From Spizellomyces punctatus DAOM BR117 (lineage: Eukaryota), in assembly GCA_000182565.2 (NCBI GenBank), contig KQ257453.1: DNA of 64,000 nt; one strand, given 5' to 3'. The notes beneath the pieces were generated by a model that saw only the letters and a list, made by a program, of their open reading frames with translations, had not been told where the DNA came from and did no database searches. Position numbers and translations under genes: made by a program. Shown here in pieces: positions 53,941 through 64,000 of this stretch. Each line of letters begins with the position of its first letter. The first letter of the stretch is position 1.

Positions 53941-54526
53941 CCATGCAATTGGACTGCGTCCTTTGATGTGGATTGCGCGGATTTCGGGGGGAGTGGATAT
54001 TGGAGGCATAAGGTATATGTGGGTTGAAAGACAATCACAAAAACAGTTTTAGAAATATAATAAAAAAACAATAGTCAATGGCCAGCAATGCATATTATTT
54101 AGTTTGTACGTAAGCACATCTAGAATACCTGGGGATATCAAAAGCTGTGGTAGCGCTCCCAATGTGGAAATTACGAGACAAGGTTCAAGTATCCTACGTA
54201 ACAACAGATTTTTGAAAGTGCTGTAAACAAAACTTGTAAATTGAGTTTCTTTTCGTTTGCTTTCTTGTTTTTTTTTTTTTTTTTTGGTGATTGCCAACAT
54301 GAGCCCAAACTGGTAGCAACTCTTCAGCCCAAACTCAGCACCACAAGCTTGTGATTCCCGTTTTCCTTTTTTTGGCCTAGCCAAAGTTCTGCGCAGTCTG
54401 CGGCAGTCACCAAAAACGTTTTGTTGTTTTCCGTCGTTGGGCTCTACGCACGCGCTCGCATGCCTTTTGACTTTTTTGAACCGCTGGCTGGCTATGATCA
54501 AAAAAGAAACCTTAAATCGTCCTGCT

Positions 54527-55400
54527 TATAAAATGAGGCTCCTTTCGAGGGTCTGTTATCCGATGCCGTAAGTGTGGCTTGAAAAGCGTTGCCATGGAAT
54601 ACCGCGTCTATAAAAACTCGTAGCAGAACTAGAAAAAGCAATTATTCGTTCAACTTTCTTTTTTTCTTTCGGCCTGCCGGGGGGTTTGAAGATCCAGACT
54701 GCTTTTTGGGACATGGTCCAGCTCGTCTAGCATTTTGGCCGTCTTTTGTTCACCTCCAATGCTTTGATGGTTCTGTGATGGATCATCAATCATTGGGGCG
54801 TTGTTCTTGACGTTTCGCTACCGGCTAGGCCAACCTGAGCGACCAGTCTCATCTCTTTGTCAACCTTGGTACTATCTCCAGTTCAACTCGTTATTTGAGT
54901 CAGATGCTATAGGTGAGTTGAGACAAGGATGCAGAGGACGCCCGGGATGATGAGCTTGACTTTTACAGTTATCCCTGTCTGAGTTACACACATATAATGC
55001 GGACACATTTGCTTTACCTCTCTGACTTTGGGCGTCCTCTTGCGCTGAATGTTTGGCTTTTCATGCTGGTTTCTTTTTGCTGACTTTGGTATTTATCGTT
55101 GCAGAGACTCTGACCGAACTGCCGTATCTCATGTATCGTGCAACGGTATGTACGGCCGGGTGAGTGTTGTTGATCTGTACTTGAAAAGATTGCGATGATG
55201 TATAAAACGTTGAATACAATGAATCAAATGGATATGTTGTCTTGAGTATTGATCTGAGCTGTGTCGTTGGATGTCACGCCCACACATGAACCTTGAGCAG
55301 TGCTCACTACGCAGTGACACCAAAGGATGGGGAATTGGCCGTGTGATCCATCCGCATGGGGGTGTAGCGCCGCAGCCTTCTTGGTTACGGAACCCATACA
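54527..55400 (+). ncRNA. Putative non-coding spliced snoRNA host transcript (ends approximate)
   Basis: TATAAAA 54527; donors GTAAGT 54568, GTGAGT 54913, GTATGT 55146; acceptors CTCCAG 54881 and TTGCAG 55104 (branch GCTGAC); internal exons only about 31-41 nt; no credible ORF. Confidence 0.55.
54942..55030 (+). ncRNA. snR38: Box C/D snoRNA snR38 (SNORD1 family), intronic
   Basis: Box C ATGATGA 54947-54953; guide CAGTTATCCCTGT 54966-54978 complementary to LSU rRNA ACAGGGAUAACUG, directly followed by D' CTGA 54979-54982; box D CTGA 55022-55025; flanked by an 11-bp inverted repeat agaggacgccc/gggcgtcctct. Confidence 0.88.
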
Positions 55401-55609
55401 CTGTTGCTTCCATATGCAGACAGCCCTGTGAGAGGCCAACGAGTTCACATCAGGCTGCAACGCCATAGACAGCCAGTGAGTTGGGAACTGGAGAACTCCA
55501 ACGGCATTACGGAGCACTTGTCTTCATCTTTTGCAATCGCACATCAATTTAATGCCTTTACTGTTTCCAAAGTTGCATTTAATATATACATAGAGTTCCC
55601 CGCAAAAAG

Positions 55610-57897
55610 CTAGTAGGTGCCAAAATAGCGATCGCCAAAGTTTCCAAATCCTGGAACAACATGTCCTTGATCATCCAGCTCCTGGTCAACTTCCGCTGTC
55701 ACTACCCTAACGCTAGGGAAGGCATTGGCTATCGTATGCAACCCGAGCGGCGCGGCAATAAGCGACAGAAAGATGATGCGATCCTGTGGAACATCGTGGT
55801 CCAAAATCACTCGAATTGCCATCAGCGCGGCAGCGCCTGGTTGAAATAAATGAAATGGTTAAAGTTGCAAATGAACTCGAAAGTTTGATGGAAGAAAAAA
55901 TAACAATGGTCTCACCCGTGGCGATTTGGGCGTCACTGATCAATACATATCGCTGACTGATATCCGACGGCAATTTACAATAGTGTAATTGCGGCTCACC
56001 CGTGCTGGGATCTGTCTGTATGAGGATCTTGCCTATTGGAATGTCCTTGACCACGCTTCGCAACCCCCTTTCCATCGTTGCTCCTGAGCGAATGACTGAC
56101 ACCCCACAAACCTTTGAGAGAAAATACTGCAGGTTAGCTAGCCCGCTAGGTGAATGTACTGGGTTCATGACAGCACCTGCTCTTTCCATATGACACCCTT
56201 GTAGATGCTTCCGATGGGCGTTATGACATCCGCGTTACCAAACGGTAGTTCAGCAAGACCCCTATCACCAAGATTAAGTATCACATCTGCCGATCAATAG
56301 TCCAATGAGACTCTAACCGTTCAACGATGATTCTGGATAATCGCTCCGCATAAAAGATAAAGTCATGTCTGCTTGTCGTCCGGTCTCTTATAATGGTCAA
56401 CAGCGCCTTGAGCTCATTTGTGGGCTTTAACGTGCGTAAAATCGACGGTAACTCCTTCTTGACATTGATGTTCGATAACGCGACCTTGAGGGAGAGTCCT
56501 CGATCATTTAGCTGTCTAGCCAAATGCTTTGTGATCACATCAATTGCAGCTGTTGCTAAGCGGTGAGCGGTTTTCTTGAAAGATATGGGGGATGTAATGC
56601 ACATACCAACGTTGTCCAACCCACGAGGAATGATGACTATATCAATGACCAAAGGTCAGAATGATGATCCGCCAAAGAGAGGCTAGCCCAAAGCGAGATC
56701 TTACCATCAGCGTATTTCATGGTTGGGTATATATGCTCATCAAAAGCAGGTTTTACAAATTTCCGATATTGGTCTAAAACACCTCGGATATCTCGCCCTC
56801 GCTCTGCAATGTCTCGTTTCACTATGAGAGAGTGTCATGTCAGTTGCACTTTATTTCATGAGCAACATATCCCAAAGCTCATCATACGTCGTCTTGCGAG
56901 TCGAATGTCTGCATCGGTGTCTACAAAGATCTTGAGATCCATAAGGTCTCTAACTGATTTATCATACAGAGCAAAGATGCCCTCAAAGACCACCACATTG
57001 GCTCCGTAAACGGTTTGCGACTTGTCGAGGCTAGAATAAACGCATTAGTTCCAAACGACAAACATGAGTTCAAAGTGGAATCTCGGAGTCACCACGAACC
57101 GATTATGTGTCGCGAAATCATAGATCGGAACGTCGACTTTGATGCTATACATTAGAAGAGGATTATTACTCGCTATCACAGAAGCTTCCATGCAAAGAGG
57201 AACAATCCAACGATGTTTACCCTTTCTTTAGGTTGAGAAGCGTCTGATGCAGTGCTTCGTAGTCGAAAGCATCTGGGATAGAGCGAGTTCAACGGTTCAT
57301 GGAACACATTCCACCTAACACAGTCTTCCAGATCAAACGTAGCGGCTTACTGGGATGATCAAAATCATATTCACTATAAGGGGAATATGAGATGGGGCGA
57401 ATAAAGTTACGTTCAATCAATACATTTGATATAGTCAACGTAAACAAACATTATCAGCTACTCACTTTCTGTGTGCGGCAGCAACTTGTTCGGGAGTCAA
57501 CGGTTTATAGAAAGAATCCATAGATAACAGAATGACCTAAATTCAACAACAGCACGCTGCATGAGAACTGCACACGTCGACGGGAACAATGTGGAAGCCG
57601 CATAGCCAGGAGGCGATTTCGGCATACTGACCCAAGGAACCCCCAGACTTCGAATAATCCTTGTAGACACGCTGGTTTTTCCGCTCGCACTTCCTCCCGC
57701 CATACCAATAATGAATGGTTCGACTGGCTTTCCGTCGATATTGTACCTGTTCACAAGAACTGGCAACTATAACCAAACAATAGACAATTCCAAACTCGAA
57801 GCAATGCATTCGTTACACACCATGGAAATCTGCCAGCCGAGAGGAAGGTGCTCATCTTCCTCTGAATGCTACGCGGAGCATTCTGAACGTTCGACAT
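55610..57897 (-). CDS. URK1: Uridine-cytidine kinase with C-terminal UPRTase-like domain
   Basis: '[21 protein letters not shown]', 'LSMDSFYK', 'YDFDHPNAFD', 'RDIAERGRD', 'IIPRGLDN', 'IGKILIQT', '[13 protein letters not shown]'. Confidence 0.93.
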
Positions 57898-58712
57898 GTT
57901 TCAATGGTTGAAAAAGCACCAACTGGCGATCTAGAACAAAAAGTGTAGGTGCCCATATCTCATACGAGTTTCTTCGTCACGTGGTTACAAGGATGCATGG
58001 AGGAGGCTGGCATTTCCATTTGTTGAATTTAAGATGACTGCACAGGATGTTGAGCATTCCGTTGGTTTTATGCAAAGGAACTAATGCTTTAAAATATTGC
58101 TATGTTGGCATATCAGTAGTTGCAGCAATTGTAAAAAGGTAAAAACTATGTTGGGTGACCGATGCTTGTCCGAATTCCGATTGGCACAACTGTTCCCCAC
58201 ATCACCTTTGCTGGAGTTGCAGCCGTAATTTATGTCATTTCACACACAGTTCCTCCGCAAGAGGCCCTGCTACAACGAGTATACTCAAGTATGATTATAG
58301 TGCGCCGCAGCCTTGACTGGTCTGCAGCCTTCATCCCATATCCTCGTTGTGGGCCCAGTGTAAGAATTATTGGCATTCAATGGGGACCACTGTCATCCAC
58401 GGTCCACTGCTGCTGCATGGTCTCGCGCTACAGACTATTCTGGTTCTTTGCATTCTGCAAAGGTGATGCACTCGCTCTCTTCTATCGCACTGAATGGATA
58501 TTCAGCTTGGTTCATCCATCTTTGATATCTTTGAAGTCATTTCAATATGGGTCTTGAGTGACAGGGCCATTCCATCCGACTCGGCCAGTAATGTTTGCCT
58601 GTCCCCTGATGTCGACCGCCTATCCTAACGGCTGCTATTGTACAAGGATACTCGCTGGCGGATTTGTCCGACGCAGCCATGGAATCTTGTTCAACCATGG
58701 CAGATATTTCTC

Positions 58713-58752
58713 ATGACTCATGTCATTACAAATGATGGTAGACCTTTATAAA
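58713..58752 (+). promoter_or_regulatory. AP-1/Gcn4-type site plus TATA box
   Basis: ATGACTCAT 58713-58721 and TATAAA 58747-58752, about 90-130 bp upstream of the methyltransferase ATG. Confidence 0.45.
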
Positions 58753-58841
58753 GTACAAAGCTGCTGGATGCCTCCACAGAGATAGGTTTTGATTTATCAG
58801 AGTGTCAATATCACAAGCAAACAAACGGAACGAAACGAAAG

Positions 58842-59739
58842 ATGAGCGGTTCCGCAGCAGAATGGTCCAGCATGGCTGACGAGTATGAGAAAGTAGCCAC
58901 TGCGTTCACCATCCCGGTCGCTCAAGCCGCCTTGGCGCTACCCCTACTACCTACCGACAAACCTTTAAAGATCCTGGAGGTCGCATGCGGGTCCGGAGCA
59001 TTGACTGGTTTGCTTGCTGAGCGGTTCGCAGGCAGCGGGACGCAAATCGTGGCAACGGACTTTGCGGAGGGCATGGTAAAGTTTATGCAAAAGAAGGCCT
59101 CCGAAAATGGCTGGAAGAATGTTACAGGACAGGTTATGGATGCTACGGTAATTTCCTTACAGATTCATTCATTGGGCGATAACATTTATCCTCAATGTGC
59201 ATCCTTCTCTCGTCTTGCAGAAATTGAATGTTCCCGACAACTCTCTTGATGCCGTTTTCTGCATTTTTGGAATTATGCTCATGCCAGAGGGTTCCAAAGC
59301 CCTTGGCGAAATGCATCGCGTTCTCCATCGCAATGGCATTGCTTGTTATACGACATGGGGAGAAAAAGACTTTGATCCAATCATCCAAGAAGGTATCCGC
59401 CGTTCCAAGCAGCAAGTCCAGTATGACCAGCCACCCAGCGTGACGCGGACACCTGGCTGGAGCGACCTGGATTTCTGTATTGGAGAATTAGAAAAAACTG
59501 GGTTCTCAAAAGTGGAGGGGCAGAAGTATAGAGGAACCTGGGTAGTTAACGATCTAGACAAATTTCTCGGGCCTTTGGTAAGGAATCCTGGCATGAAGGG
59601 CTCGGTGCTCAAGGACTTTACTCCAGAGGAGCTTGAGCAGTTTCAGGCGCTACTCAAGCAACTCTTTCAGGAAAAGTATGGCGTAAAGGATATATACGAG
59701 TTTAATGTAGTGGCCAACATTGTTTTTGGACAAAAGTAA
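58842..59739 (+). CDS. Class I SAM-dependent methyltransferase (UbiE/Methyltransf_11-like)
   Basis: Motif I 'ILEVACGSG', 'ATDFAEGM', 'MDAT|KLNVPDNSLDAVFCIFG', 'EMHRVL...G'; one intron ~59147-59220. Confidence 0.9.
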
Positions 59740-60592
59740 TGCTTCACGCCTGTCATGTCATGAACGTCTTGCCGGATTGACTTGGATTTTGGGAATGTTG
59801 ACCAGGGAGGTGACCTACCGGGATTTATGGATGGGCTTTTGGAAAGTGCAATGTACTCCATGTGGCGGTAATGCAATCCTTCACGGAGATGAAAGTGTTG
59901 TGGAGGCGTCTGCCTCCGCGGGGCTGCGTTCCGCCTGGGCTCTTTACCAGCACATGCAAATGTCGTCCATGTCGTATTGTCAGTGTTTACATGACGGTCG
60001 CCACTAAGTCATAATCAGATCGCCATATCCTATTGTTTGATGCTCCATGTCCACATAAGTTCTAGGGTTATTGTTTGCGATGGCCGTGGAAAGGACATTC
60101 CAATGTCATATAAGGTATCGAGTCGATAAATACCAAGTTCCAGGCAATAGATCCGAAAATAGTTTGTATGTACAACCTTTAGAGCCAAGACTGGAGCGCA
60201 CTTTAGGTTGACTACTGTTTGGTGGGATTTTGGGCGTTAGCTGCGGAGGATTTCTATTTACTGGTTAACTTTAATTTTATGCGTAACAATGTTAAGCCTG
60301 CTTAATCCGGAGAGTTATGGCTGATCGGAACATGCATTGTCCATGTAGACAAAGGAGGCCGCCCTCCGGAACTTGCCCTGAAGAATATGACACATTTCGC
60401 CCATTGCTTGCATAAGGCCCAGTTCGAATCCAGAAACAATTGTATATTGCTGATCCGCATATGCATGCTTTGCGCCAATATCTTCATATAGTGCAAGCCG
60501 GGTATAAAAAGTGGCGGGCGCAAGATGCCCTCCCTCCGGTGTTTTCTGCCGTATAAGGTGCTAAACAGCGAAAAAGGCCTGCGACACAATCA

Positions 60593-62525
60593 ATGTCAGC
60601 TACAGGCAGTGGCCACGAGAACTCCCAGGCGTCCGCCGTCTCCAAAGCGGAAGATATAACGGAGGGAAAATGGCAGTCCAGATTCATGAAGGGTTTGAAG
60701 CAAGGAAGGCTCCCCATCAGTGCATTGATTATCATGTTCATTGTACCACTCGCAACCGGTGTTGCCATTTTAGCTTGGGGTTTAACGCATAGCGCGGCTT
60801 TGGTATGCAATAATATGAAAGCGTCTCTAGCGTTTCCGAATGGCTGAACAACATCTCCCACAAGGCCTCCGCAGCAAAGCTTGCAAATTCCTTGCAGGGA
60901 GAGGTATTTGTTGTCTCAAGAACCGCAGGTACTTGACTGGTGACTGAACAAATCTGTAGATCCTCGGTCGAATTTCAGCAGATATCCTTAACCGCCTGCA
61001 CGCCATGGAAAAATCAGTCGACGAACAGAAACGCAACTGGGCGCAAGGTCTATTCCAACTTGGCAATTATACAGGTGGCGATTATAGCGGGAAGGAGGAT
61101 GCCATGATGAGGATGTTCAGTACCCTCATCCCGCATGCTGATTTGTACATGTCTCAGCACTTTACCACAATGCCCGATGGAGAGTTTTGGGGTATCAATA
61201 ACTTTCTCAATGAGGACGGTACAAGAACGTTTCAACTAATGCGACAGTATGGGTTTGATTGGCATTTCTACGTTGGAAATGAGACCGATTACACAAACCG
61301 AACGACACCTTGGGAGGGGGGTGCATTGGACTTCAGCTGGGACAATAGAGCTAATCCTTGGGTTGCGGTACGATCTATTTGAATACTGATTGCACTCATG
61401 CTCACACTCGTTGATAAAAACTCTTCATACCAGCCGATTGATCAGACTCCTGAACCGGCCCGCTCTCAGCTATCTCTCTGGATTCCCCCTTACGTGCTTC
61501 CTGACTCGGCGGGCTTCGACGGATGGCTAACCTTCGCCAAGCCGATCTACAACCTAACCAAGGACTACATAGGGATTCAGGTAAGCATAAGCATACCTAA
61601 TGTGTTAGTATCAGTATGGCTAATGATGACAAACGTTACGTCTATGCGAAGGGATCCGATATGTCCTTGTCGTGGTTTGAGGGGCCGTTGAGACGCTATG
61701 CTCAATACATCCCGTACAGATCGGCGATATACGTGTTTGGACTGTATCCCGGCAAAGACGAGATAGTTGGAGCCTCTACGATAGCGAGCCGAGAGCTCAT
61801 AAAGAGCGCCGCGGAAGGCAACCCGGATCCAGCGCTCAACCGCCTTTTGACCATTCCCGAGCTTGCCGCAAATAGCTCTGTTTGGGAGCCTGTATCTGCC
61901 CTCTATAAATACCTTCTCGCAACGTCCGATGGTTCGCTCTACAAATTTGTTGGCGACTATCCCGGCACTTCCATTCAGCTAAAACTGTCTGACGGGCAAT
62001 ACATTGTTCAAGTCGAGCAAATACAAACATACAATTTGAACTGGGGCATCGTGCATATAGTCTCGCAAGACGACATCCTCGAAGAGCTGCACGCTAGCAA
62101 TACCAAAACCATTGGAACAGTCATTGGGGTTGTCGGCGCGGGTTGCGCTGTCGGGATTCTTTTCACATATTTCTTGTCAAAAGCGCTGTATATGATCACA
62201 CGAGATTTGGTTCTCCTATCCGACTTCAAATTTAAAGACGTACTCCAAAAGGATTTGGATAAAGAGACTGGAATGCGTCGACCACAGTATAGTCGAATCG
62301 CTGAGCTGTAAGTAGTGCGCCCTTACGCATCTCGTTTCTGTGAGCCCAAGTTAACAAACCTGTTCTGATCGTATGTGCAGATGGCAAATCCAGCGCGCGT
62401 TTCACAAGATGGTGGTTACGTTTGCCGATGCCGTTGCTCAAAATAAGCGGTTCAACGCTGCTGAACAACGCCGTACAATGTCCATGTCTTCTGCGCAGCC
62501 GGCGTCTCCCAGGAGTGAACTATGA
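60593..62525 (+). CDS. Two-TM membrane protein: TM1 - extracytoplasmic Cache-like region - TM2 - HAMP-like region, short tail
   Basis: TM1 'PISALIIMFIVPLATGVAILAWGL', helix 'KLANSLQGEILGRISADILNRL', 'LWIPPY...WLTFAKPIY', 'LNWGIVHIVSQDDILEEL', TM2, then 'LSKALYMITRDLVLLSDFKF...SRIAELWQIQRAFHKM'. Confidence 0.7.
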
Positions 62526-62796
62526 GCGCGAGAGGGTAGCAGTTGTCTGCACGGGTTGAACCTTGGAATAACATTCCAGAGCAAATACATTACTCCCTTG
62601 TTCCTGGCGAGAGTTCTGATTGCATGAGATACTCTCACCAGCTTGTACTAAAACTGAAGCTTTCAAGCTTGTAGATTAAAAAGGAGACGTTTTGGTTTCC
62701 ACTTTGTTTCGTAAGAAAAGCTTTATAGTCCGTTGTGGAAGAAGTTTCTTTGGACCATCTTTCAACATGTTTGATACTTGCTAGCAATCTAGCAGT

Positions 62797-64000
62797 CTAA
62801 AGGACCAATTGGCTGTCCTTGCAAGACATGGCGAAAGGTGCATCGTAGGTTAATTCCACGGTGCAGTTCATTTCCTTACTAAAGAAACCCGAACTCTCGC
62901 ACACTATTTTGTCCTTCAAGTGTGGTTCAACACAAGTCCCATGGGAAGCATCGATTTTGCGATCGAGATTTTGTCCCGGTACGGTCCTGGCAATCATGTC
63001 CCTAGAGTCTCTAGATGAATCCCGTGTCTCGACGTCGACTTCCCGTCCAGATGGAGAGCCGACAAGTGGCATGCCGTAGCTTACGTCGTAGCGCCAGGAC
63101 CATTATCGCTCCCGCTCGCAAGGATGGCACCTTTGCTCAAAGTAGAGCTTTTCGGATTTTGGAACTCGCTGACACTAACAAAATGGAAAGGATTCTACAA
63201 CGACGGCTCCTATTGCCATTCTAGCTGATTCGCGAAATTCAATATTCGCGTTAGTTACGATAAAATGCTACAATGCTGGGGTAAAGGTAAAAGGGGAGTG
63301 TGATCGTTCTTCAGTGAAGCAATCATTGTGGTTCATAATTGATATACGCCTTCTCGAGTTGGACGGATCGGACTGCCTGTACTGCCAATGCTGGATGATA
63401 ACATTCTTTGGGATAACTTTTGTTTGGCTAGGTTCATACGTTCCCCATATGCGGACGCGCTTGCCAGAGGTAGAGTAGATGAACTCTGCCATCTCAAATT
63501 AATGTAATCATATGCAAACTTTGGGCTGTATTCGTTTGCGCCTGTAAGCTCATCAATACCGATCTCATCATAAAACAAACAAGACAAGAGCTCCCCACCC
63601 AAATGAACTTCTGGTGTGGAACCAGGGAAGGATGGCCCTAATAGTAGAGATAATCGCTGGATGTGTCAAGTTTAGTAATTGAAAATGGTACTTTTCCCAT
63701 TTGGTGATAACAAGCGAATGAGCCGGCTTCTCAATCTCTCTGGGAGCCTAGTCACATCGCGCGCAACGCACAATGCTGTTGAACTGCCTCGTATTCTTCT
63801 TTGCTAAAGACCTCATTCTTGCGCGGGACAAGAGGAACGAGTTCCTGATTGGACGGCAATAAAGAGACCTGCGAGTACTCGTCTTCCCAAGAACTGTTAC
63901 GACCTCAAAGGGCAATAGTTGGACATCCTGCCTGATGCACCGCTGCTGTCGAGACTTTCAGTAATGACCACAAAAAGGTAAGTTTTCCGTCCTTCTTTTT
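62797..64000 (-). CDS. 3' part of an uncharacterised multi-exon gene (exon structure unresolved)
   Basis: Several coding-like minus-strand segments ('SWEDEYSQVSLLPSNQELVP', 'GSTPEVHLGGELLSCLFYDEIG', 'EFIYSTSGKRVRIWGTYE') with splice-like ends; no recognisable family. Confidence 0.4.

Noticed and set aside
54812-54820. GTTTCGCTA complementary to LSU rRNA UAGCGAAAC
   Set aside because: Only 9 nt and not adjacent to a D box; matches of this length are expected by chance.
47661-59739. Biosynthetic cluster of NRPS-like gene + GNAT + kinase + methyltransferase
   Set aside because: The GNAT is housekeeping GNA1 and the kinase is URK1; nothing links them or the distant methyltransferase to the synthetase.
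60418-60432. GTTCGAATCC tRNA T-loop-like motif
   Set aside because: No T-stem, acceptor stem or cloverleaf around it.
1-64000. Transposons, CRISPR arrays, rRNA or tRNA genes, alternative genetic code
   Set aside because: No transposase or RT motifs, spaced repeats or RNA-gene signatures seen; the ORF breaks I examined are explained by GT-AG introns.

Overview
Gene-dense, intron-rich eukaryotic DNA with short GT-AG introns of about 50-110 nt. It is fungal and most consistent with a zoosporic (chytrid-like) lineage; this is an inference from gene content and intron style. By splicing exons by hand I find about 21 complete protein genes plus one partial. Housekeeping genes: EMC1, CHO2, CRC1-type carrier, STT4/PI4KA, COX20, MTR10, NUP188, GNA1, URK1. 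Others: fungalysin M36, a 5x RanBP2 zinc-finger protein, an EPLIN-type LIM protein, and a White Collar-1 photoreceptor whose LOV domain is invisible in the ORF track. Most notable: (1) a membrane-bound Pls/PosA-type NRPS-like polymer synthetase fed by a carboxylic-acid-type adenylation domain (polymalate-synthetase-like), with a duplicated A-subdomain; (2) a TM-Cache-like-TM-HAMP receptor with no output domain; (3) an apparently non-coding spliced host gene carrying snR38 and two further structured introns; (4) an intronless bacterial-like CaiB CoA-transferase; (5) a recurrent TCACGTG promoter motif. Exon boundaries and start codons were inferred by eye, with no database searches.
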